DNA of 14,878 nucleotides, taken from positions 1 to 14,878 of the forward strand of contig JBQTJP010000033.1 of assembly GCA_052386995.1 (NCBI GenBank), given 5' to 3'. Positions 6,354 to 12,869 of the stretch are shown piece by piece (position 1 is the first letter of the stretch; each line of letters begins with the position of its first letter). The notes under the pieces are model-generated. The model saw nothing but the letters and a program-made list of their open reading frames with translations, was not told the origin of the DNA and did not search any database. Source of the stretch: Armatimonadota bacterium. GTDB taxonomy: Bacteria > Sysuimicrobiota > Sysuimicrobiia > Sysuimicrobiales > Humicultoraceae. Both the position numbers and the translations under genes were made by a program.

Positions 6354-8471
6354 ATGAGCGGCCGCCGGATTGCGGTTGAAGATCTGCTGTCGTTGCGGTG
6401 GATCGCCGACGTCGCGATGTCGCCCGACGGCCGCACCGTCGCGTATGCGCAGGAAACGGTCGTCGAGCGCACCGACGCACGGGACGGACCGACGCACATC
6501 TACCAGTCGCACATCTGGGTCGTCGACCTCGCGGGCGCCACGCCACGGCAGTTCACCACCGGCGACCAGCGCGACCGCAGGCCAGGCTGGTCCCCTGATG
6601 GCAGTCGCATGCTGTTCACGTCCGATCGCGGGGCCGCCGGAGCGCCGGGGGACAAGAAGCCGGCGCATCTGTGGATGATTCCGGCCGGCGGCGGTGAGGC
6701 CGATCGGGTGACCGAGGCGGAGCACAGCCCCAACGAGGCGGTGTGGTCGCCCGACGGGACCTGGATCGCGTTCTCCGGCAAAGCGGCGAGGTCTGAGAAG
6801 CCCGCCAGCGATGTGAAGATCATCACCCGTATGAAGCACAAGTACGACGGCGAGGGATTTTGGGACGATCGCTACAAGCACATTTTCGTGGTCCCCGCGG
6901 CAGGTGGGCCGGCCCGCGCGGTCACCAGCGGTGATTTCGATCACCGCCAGCCGGTGTGGAGTCCCGATGGCGGGCGGTTGGCGTTCGTGGCCAACCGCTC
7001 AGAGGACGCGGATTCCACGAACATCACCGATGTCTGGGTGCTGAGGGCGGCCACCGGTGACCTGCGCCGGGTAACAGCCGGGCTGGGTCCCGCCTCTTCG
7101 CCCGCATGGTCGCCCGACGGCACGATGATCGCCTACCTCGGCCACGATAACGCCTGCATGGGCGCGTCGAACACGATGCTCTGGGTGGTACCCGCCGACG
7201 GAGGCGCGCCGCCCAGGGTTCTGACACGCCACTACGATCGATCGCTCATGCATCACCTCGTCACCGACATGCGGGCGCACCCCGCCGCGGGCCAACCCAC
7301 ATGGTCCCCCGACGGCCGGTTCGTGTTCGTGATGGTTGCCGACGGCGGCAGCACGCAGCTCGCGGCGGCGGCGGTCGCGACGGGGTCCGTGCGCCTGATG
7401 ACGCACGGGCGCCGCGAGATCTATGGCGAGTCCTACGATGCCGACCGGCGCCGCGTGGCCATGGCGATCTCCGATCCTGCCACGCCGGGAGACATCTGGA
7501 CGGCGGCGGTCGCTGGGCTCGAGGAAGGCGACCCGACCATTCCGAGCGCGAGCGAGCGGCGTCTGACCGCGGTCAATCGAGCGCTCCTAGACGGCGTCAC
7601 GCTGAGTGCGCCGGAGCGCTTCACGTATCGCGGGGCAGATGACTGGACGATCGAAGGGTGGGTGATCCACCCGGTGGACCTCGAGGGCGGGAAGCGGCAC
7701 CCCGCTATTCTCAGCATCCACGGCGGCCCGCACTTTGCGTACGGCGACGCGTTCTTCTTCGAATTCCAGGTGCTCGCCGCACTCGGCTACGGCATCGTGT
7801 TGACCAACCCACGCGGCAGTCAAGGCTACGGCCAGAACTTCACCGCCGCGACGCACCACGACTGGGGAGGAAAGGACTACGGCGACATCATGGATGGCTT
7901 GGACGCGGCGCTGGCCCGGTATCCGCACCTCGATCGCGACCGGTTGGGCATCGGAGGGGGATCCTACGGAGGCTACATGACCAACTGGGTGATCGGACAC
8001 ACCAACCGGTTCAAAGCCGCCGTGACCATGCGCTCGATCTCCAACTGTCTGAGCCAGTGGGGAACGAGCGACATGGCCTACTTCAAGGGCTACTGGGAAT
8101 TCCCCGGCGATCCGTGGGACAGTCCCGCGTTCTATTGGGAGAAATCTCCGCTGGCGTACGTGAAGAACGTCACGACGCCGCTGCTGATCGAGCACAGCGA
8201 GGGAGACCTCCGCTGTCCCATCGGCGAGGCGGAGCAGCTCTTCACCGCGCTGAAGAAGCAGGGAAAGGAAGTCGTCCTTGTCCGGTTTCCCAACGAGACC
8301 CACGACCTCTCGCGCAACGGGCAGCCGCAGCATCGCGTCGAGCGCCTGCGCCTGATCGTCGACTGGTTCACCCGGCATATCCCGCCGGTGACAGTGCCCT
8401 CGCGGACGGGAGAGAGGCTGGCGGGCGCGGCGGCCGGCGACGCGACGACCGACGCAACCTTCGAGACGTAG
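6354..8471 (+). CDS. S9 family serine peptidase (acylaminoacyl/dipeptidyl peptidase, YuxL-like), 705 aa
   Basis: Repeated 'WSPDG' PD40 propeller units, 'IHGGPH', 'NPRGSQGYG', nucleophile 'GGSYGG', Asp in 'EGDLRCP' and His in 'ETHDLSR'. Strong SD, no signal peptide. Confidence 0.95.
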   Translation: MSGRRIAVEDLLSLRWIADVAMSPDGRTVAYAQETVVERTDARDGPTHIYQSHIWVVDLAGATPRQFTTGDQRDRRPGWSPDGSRMLFTSDRGAAGAPGDKKPAHLWMIPAGGGEADRVTEAEHSPNEAVWSPDGTWIAFSGKAARSEKPASDVKIITRMKHKYDGEGFWDDRYKHIFVVPAAGGPARAVTSGDFDHRQPVWSPDGGRLAFVANRSEDADSTNITDVWVLRAATGDLRRVTAGLGPASSPAWSPDGTMIAYLGHDNACMGASNTMLWVVPADGGAPPRVLTRHYDRSLMHHLVTDMRAHPAAGQPTWSPDGRFVFVMVADGGSTQLAAAAVATGSVRLMTHGRREIYGESYDADRRRVAMAISDPATPGDIWTAAVAGLEEGDPTIPSASERRLTAVNRALLDGVTLSAPERFTYRGADDWTIEGWVIHPVDLEGGKRHPAILSIHGGPHFAYGDAFFFEFQVLAALGYGIVLTNPRGSQGYGQNFTAATHHDWGGKDYGDIMDGLDAALARYPHLDRDRLGIGGGSYGGYMTNWVIGHTNRFKAAVTMRSISNCLSQWGTSDMAYFKGYWEFPGDPWDSPAFYWEKSPLAYVKNVTTPLLIEHSEGDLRCPIGEAEQLFTALKKQGKEVVLVRFPNETHDLSRNGQPQHRVERLRLIVDWFTRHIPPVTVPSRTGERLAGAAAGDATTDATFET

Positions 8472-8494
8472 GCGCCCTCACAGCGACCTCGCGA

Positions 8495-9055
8495 ATGCCA
8501 AAGATCTATACCCGCACCGGGGATAGCGGCGAGACCGGACTCTACGGGGGTGGGCGGGTCTCTAAGGACGACCCGCGCGTCGAAGCCTACGGTACCGTCG
8601 ATGAGGCCAACAGCGCGCTCGGCGTCCTGGCCGCGTACCTGGACGGGGAAACCGGGGCCGCGATTCTGTCCGTGCAACGGACGCTGTTCGACATCGGCGC
8701 GGAACTGGCGACCCCGCAGCCCGGCCGGTCCGCATCGCGTGCACACGCGGCGGTGACCGGAGAGCTGGTCGAGGCCCTCGAGCGCCTCATCGACCAGTGG
8801 GAAGCCGAGCTGCCGGCGCTGCGTCAGTTCATCCTGCCCGGTGGGAGCCCAGAGGCCGCGCACTGCCACGTGGCGAGGGCGCTGGTGCGGCGCGCGGAGC
8901 GGCGCACGGTCACGCTCGCGCGGTCCGCCGAGGTCAACCCCGAGATCCTGCGCTATCTCAACCGGCTCTCGGACTGTCTGTTCGTCCTGGCAAGGCTGCT
9001 CAACCACCGCCGCGGCATCGCGGACGTTCCGTGGGAAGGGCGGGGCCGTGCCTAA
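8495..9055 (+). CDS. pduO: ATP:cob(I)alamin adenosyltransferase, PduO type (186 aa)
   Basis: 'KIYTRTGDSGET', 'RVEAYGTVDEANS', 'QRTLFDIGAELA', 'FILPGG', 'RRAERR', 'YLNRLSDCLF'. Start at ATG 8495. Confidence 0.95.
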   Translation: MPKIYTRTGDSGETGLYGGGRVSKDDPRVEAYGTVDEANSALGVLAAYLDGETGAAILSVQRTLFDIGAELATPQPGRSASRAHAAVTGELVEALERLIDQWEAELPALRQFILPGGSPEAAHCHVARALVRRAERRTVTLARSAEVNPEILRYLNRLSDCLFVLARLLNHRRGIADVPWEGRGRA

Positions 9056-10940
9056 GAAAGAGACCCTGATGGCCGCGCTGACGACGCTGCTCGGCGTGCA
9101 GACGGTGCGCGCCTTCCTCCCACTCGTCGTGTACGTCTACGGTGCCCGGCCGGGCGTCACGTCGATCGACATGGGGATCCTGGGCATCGGGGTGTTCCTC
9201 ACGGCCGCGCTGGCCGCGGTCCCGCAGCGCATCTTCGGACCGCCGTACGGGTTCTACCTCAGCGCCGCGGTGCTCGTGCTGCTGCGGCTGGCGGCGCAGT
9301 TCGCCGAACCCCGGTACGCGCTCACGTATCTCGCCGCAGGAACGGTGGCATTCCTCTGGACGATCCCGGGCCTGCTGGCCGCGGTCCGCAGCGGCGGGCC
9401 CGAAGCGACCGCGCGTGTCGGGGTCGGACTCATTATCGGCCTGGCCTTGGACGCCGCCATCGCCGGAGCCTTTGGCACCTGGGATCCGATCTGGCAACTC
9501 TGGGAGCGGGGGCCCTCGGCCGCGCTCGTCATCGTTGCCATCGCAGTGGTGTACTCGCTGCTGTATCCTCGTGTGAGCCACGCGAACGCGACCCGGCTGG
9601 ACACCGACGTGTCGATGGCGCATGCGGCGGCGTTAGTCGGGTTGGGGCCGATCCTCTTTCTCCACATGCTGCTCTTTCACAACCCCGCGCGCCTGTCCGC
9701 CGTTGTCGGCTGGCCGCTCCCCGCGGCGCTGCTCTGGGTGCTGGCCATCGACGTGCTGGCGGTAGCGGCGGCGGCGACGGTGCGCGGCGGCCCCGCGGCG
9801 ATCGCGGCCGCGGTCGTCCTGGTGCCGGCCGCCTATCTGGCGCATGGCGTCGGCATCGTTGCGGCCGCAGCATACGCGGCCGGCAGCGTCGCCTCTGCCA
9901 TCGTCACGGTGGTGATTGTCGCGGCGCAGGGCACCGGGCCCTTTTACCCCGGCCTGTGGCGCACGGCGATCGGCTGGGGCGCCGGGATGCTCTTGTTCGC
10001 GGTGCCCGCCTTTCTATACTACGTGGGCTACGACATCCGGCTGCCGTTCGAGAACGCGCTGCTGCTGCCGGTGCTCGCGGCGATCGCGGCCGTGGCGGCG
10101 CTGAGCCAGGTGCGCAGGCTCATGCTGGCCCCCGCGCTGCTTCGTGGCCCGGCGGTCTCCATTCTGCTGCTCGCCCTGCTGCTCGTGCCGCTGGGGCTGT
10201 TCGTGACCGCGAAGACGCCGCAGGCACAGTCCGGGTCCGGCTGGCCGGTGCGCGTGGTCTCGTACAATGTTCACCAGGGCTTTGCCGCCAGCGGGGCGCA
10301 GGACCTCGAAGCGATCGCGCGGACGATCGAAGCGGTCTCTCCCGACGTCGTGGCGCTCCAGGAAGTCTCACGCGGGTGGATCATCAATGGCTCGACCGAG
10401 ATGCTGACCTGGCTGGCGGGGCGGCTCGGCATGCGGTACGTCTGGGGCCCGGCCGCCGACGCGGTGTGGGGCAACGCCATCCTCTCGCGCCGGCCGGTTC
10501 TGGCGTCGGGCACCGCGGAGTTGCCACGGGGCGGCGCGCCGATGCGGCGGGGCATGGTGTGGGCCGAGATCGACCTCGGGAGCGGCGGGCGGCTCTTGGT
10601 CATTGCCACGCATTTTCATCACGTCGAAGCCGACGCGCACATCCGCCGGCCGCAGGCCGAGGCCGTCGTCAACCTCTGGGCGAAGCGCGCTCGCACCATC
10701 GTGCTGGGCGACCTCAACGCGACCCCGGATGCCAGGGAAATCGCCGTGCTGCGGGATGCGGGTCTCCGCGATGCGTTTGCGCTTGCCGGCAGCGGAGATG
10801 GATTCACGTACAGTTCGACGCGACCCGAGCGACGGATCGACTACATCTGGGTATCGCCGGACCTCAACGCGTCGGATTTCCGCGTGCTGCTTGGACAGGC
10901 GTCGGATCACTTCGGCATCGCGGTGACGGTCTCGCGCTGA
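9048..10940 (+). CDS. Polytopic membrane protein with C-terminal endonuclease/exonuclease/phosphatase domain (CWH43/PGAP2IP-like), about 630 aa
   Basis: About 390 aa of consecutive TM helices, then EEP motifs 'SYNVHQG', 'ALQEV', 'WGNAILSR', 'ATHF', 'LGDLNA', 'RIDYIW', 'SDH'. GTG 9048 overlaps the pduO end by 8 nt; ATG 9069 is an alternative start. Confidence 0.85.
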   Translation: MPKKETLMAALTTLLGVQTVRAFLPLVVYVYGARPGVTSIDMGILGIGVFLTAALAAVPQRIFGPPYGFYLSAAVLVLLRLAAQFAEPRYALTYLAAGTVAFLWTIPGLLAAVRSGGPEATARVGVGLIIGLALDAAIAGAFGTWDPIWQLWERGPSAALVIVAIAVVYSLLYPRVSHANATRLDTDVSMAHAAALVGLGPILFLHMLLFHNPARLSAVVGWPLPAALLWVLAIDVLAVAAAATVRGGPAAIAAAVVLVPAAYLAHGVGIVAAAAYAAGSVASAIVTVVIVAAQGTGPFYPGLWRTAIGWGAGMLLFAVPAFLYYVGYDIRLPFENALLLPVLAAIAAVAALSQVRRLMLAPALLRGPAVSILLLALLLVPLGLFVTAKTPQAQSGSGWPVRVVSYNVHQGFAASGAQDLEAIARTIEAVSPDVVALQEVSRGWIINGSTEMLTWLAGRLGMRYVWGPAADAVWGNAILSRRPVLASGTAELPRGGAPMRRGMVWAEIDLGSGGRLLVIATHFHHVEADAHIRRPQAEAVVNLWAKRARTIVLGDLNATPDAREIAVLRDAGLRDAFALAGSGDGFTYSSTRPERRIDYIWVSPDLNASDFRVLLGQASDHFGIAVTVSR

Positions 10941-11079
10941 TCTCAGGGCTCGTCGCCTTCTACCACTAGGGCAGCACCAAGGGATTTCCATCGTTCCACC
11001 CGCCGCCTTTGTGCAGATCCTCCGCGAGGAGTCGGCCAGAGAGAAGGCCCAAATCGAACAGGAAGAAGAACGAAGCTAA
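10937..11079 (+). pseudogene. Frameshifted 3' remnant of a PIN-family toxin gene
   Basis: 10937-10948 reads LISG. After a 2-nt broken codon, 10951-11079 reads RRLLPLGQHQGISIVPPAAFVQILREESAREKAQIEQEEERS*, matching the PIN_3-type C-terminal pattern (V/I)SGDxxLLxLxxxxGIxIVxPxxF. No start codon or N-terminal part is present. Confidence 0.65.
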
Positions 11080-11097
11080 CCAAACGATCGACCCTTG

Positions 11098-12177
11098 TTA
11101 CCGCACAAGCCCCCTCGCCGCCACGTCCCAGACGACCTCGACCCGGCCCCGGCGCACGCCGATGAGCCGCTCGTGGAGATTCGTCACGACGCAGGTGTGG
11201 TTGGGGATGATAGAGACGATTTCGCCGACCTCCGGCCGCGTTGCGCAGGCCGTGAGATCGACGTACCCATGCTCTTCATTGAGCTTGGTGACCTCGGCTT
11301 CAGGGTATTCCACGACCCGGCCGAACCCTTGCTGACCCAGAAGGTCTGAGGAGAGCGTCTTCGAACCCGCGTCGAGGATCGCGCGGTCCGGTGTCGGCCG
11401 GCTGACCACCGTTGTGCGGATGCGCATGGCGCAGTCGTCCCAGGACGCCGCGCCCGCGGCCACCGTGCCCCGGTCGTTGAAGACATAGGTTCCGGCGCGG
11501 TGCTCCGTGACGCCGGGCACCTCATGCGCGCGCTGATACACCGGCGTGCCCCCGGTGGACACGACCGTGGCGGGCAGGCCCGCCCGTTCGAGTTTTGCCA
11601 GCGTCGCTTCAAAGAAGGGGCCGGTGTCGGGCGTGATGGGGTAGGTCATGAGGCCATCAAACCGTAGCCCCGGCAGGTCCGCGATCTGCTTCGCCAGAGC
11701 GAGCGCCTCGGCCGGCGTCTGCACGCCGTTGCGCCCCAGGCCCGTGTCGCACTCGACCAGCACCCGGAGCGGCGTTGCCGCATCGGAGAATGCGCGGGAC
11801 AGCTCGCCCGCCACCGTCGCGTTGTCGCAGACCACGCTCAGGCGTGCGCGCGCGCGCCGCGCCAGGTGACGGAGGCGGTCGCTCTTCGCCTCACCCAGGA
11901 CGTTGAACGTCACCAGGATGTCCTCGATGCCCGCGTCCAGCATCACCGCGGCCTCGCCGAGCTTCTGGCAGGTGATGCCGACGGCGCCGGCGGCCAGCTG
12001 CTTTTGGGCGATCGCGGGAATCTTGTGGGTCTTGATGTGCGGCCGGCTGGCGATGTTGTGCTTGTCGAAGTACGCCTGGAGGCGGCGGATGTTGGCTTCC
12101 ATGATATCCAGGTCGATCGTGACGACAGGCGTGTCGCGCAGGTCGACCGCGGGCAGGGTGGCAACGGCGGGAGGCAT
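11098..12177 (-). CDS. D-threonine aldolase / DSD1 family PLP-dependent enzyme (fold type III), 359 aa
   Basis: 'DTP..IDLD....NI', PLP-lysine motif 'RPHIKTHK', 'CQKLGEA', 'RAGTYVFND', 'DAGSK', 'EEHG', 'IPNHTC'. ATG 12177 overlaps the tag TGA by 1 nt. Confidence 0.92.
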   Translation of the reverse strand: MPPAVATLPAVDLRDTPVVTIDLDIMEANIRRLQAYFDKHNIASRPHIKTHKIPAIAQKQLAAGAVGITCQKLGEAAVMLDAGIEDILVTFNVLGEAKSDRLRHLARRARARLSVVCDNATVAGELSRAFSDAATPLRVLVECDTGLGRNGVQTPAEALALAKQIADLPGLRFDGLMTYPITPDTGPFFEATLAKLERAGLPATVVSTGGTPVYQRAHEVPGVTEHRAGTYVFNDRGTVAAGAASWDDCAMRIRTTVVSRPTPDRAILDAGSKTLSSDLLGQQGFGRVVEYPEAEVTKLNEEHGYVDLTACATRPEVGEIVSIIPNHTCVVTNLHERLIGVRRGRVEVVWDVAARGLVR

Positions 12178-12755
12178 CAGACTTGATTGTACCTGAAGCA
12201 GCCGACGGTGTGGTCGTTGACCATGCCGACCGCCTGCATGAACGCGTAACATGTCGTTGCACCGACGAATCTGAACCCACGCGCCTTCATCTCGCGGCTC
12301 ATGGCGTCCGACTCCCTCGTCGTCGTCGGGATCTGGGAGGGCGAGCGAAATCGATGCCGGACCGGCTTCCCGCCGACGAACCGCCAGATGTACCGGTCGA
12401 ACGAACCGAACTCGTCCTGCGCCTCCAAGAACCGTCGCGCGTTGATGATCGTCGCCTCGATCTTGGGCCGGTTGCGGATGATGCCGGAGTCAGTCAGGAG
12501 CCGCCGGATGTCGCGGGCGGAGTACCGCGCGACCCTGACTGGATCGAAGTTGTGCAGCGCCTTGCGGTAGTTCTTGCGCTTGTTGAGAACTAACTGCCAC
12601 GAAAGCCCCGCCTGGACGGACTCGAGCACGAGAAACTCGAACAACCTGCGGTCGCTGTGGACCGGCACGCCCCACTCCCGGTCGTGGTAGGCGGTCATCA
12701 GCGGCGTGCTGTTCGCCCACGCGCACCGCTTCGTGAAGTTGGGCCTTCGCGTCAT
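12177..12755 (-). CDS. tag: DNA-3-methyladenine glycosylase I (192 aa; alternative start 12782)
   Basis: 'RCAW', 'YHDREWGVP', 'LFEFLVLESVQAGLSW', 'IIRNRPKIEATI', 'GFRFVG', 'MQAVGMVNDHTVGCF'. The Cys/His/His/Cys zinc ligands are present. Confidence 0.96.
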   Translation of the reverse strand: MTRRPNFTKRCAWANSTPLMTAYHDREWGVPVHSDRRLFEFLVLESVQAGLSWQLVLNKRKNYRKALHNFDPVRVARYSARDIRRLLTDSGIIRNRPKIEATIINARRFLEAQDEFGSFDRYIWRFVGGKPVRHRFRSPSQIPTTTRESDAMSREMKARGFRFVGATTCYAFMQAVGMVNDHTVGCFRYNQV

Positions 12756-12806
12756 TCGCCGAGTTCGCCCTCCGGTCGCCATCCGCGGCCACGCCCGAAC
12801 ACCTAC

Positions 12807-12863
12807 AGAGGGCAGGTCTGTGGAACCGCGAATCTGACCTTACGCGCCAATCCCGCCAGGAGG
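12807..12863 (+). promoter_or_regulatory. Putative sigma-H-like promoter and RBS of S9 peptidase 2
   Basis: AGGG(12809-12812)-N17-GAAT(12830-12833), with SD AGGAGG at 12858-12863 before ATG 12870. Confidence 0.45.
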
Positions 12864-12869
12864 CCGACG

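Noticed and set aside
6418..7320. Recurring tggtcgcccgacgg-like DNA repeats (also in 12930-13670)
   Set aside because: They encode the WSPDG propeller repeats of the S9 peptidases. Spacing is irregular, so this is not a CRISPR array.
7658..8494. Long N-terminal extension or fusion on PduO (465-aa ORF)
   Set aside because: Off-frame overlap with S9 peptidase 1; PduO proteins begin at the KIYTRTGD motif.
8470..8496. AGGC-N19-GAAT motif or cobalamin riboswitch before pduO
   Set aside because: The GAAT overlaps the start codon, and the 23-nt gap is far too short for a riboswitch.
10941..11097. Intrinsic terminator or minus-strand small ORF between the convergent genes
   Set aside because: Only a 5-bp hairpin (tcctc-cgc-gagga) is present, with no U-tract. 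Minus-strand frames lack a convincing start or motif, and the PIN remnant explains the region better.
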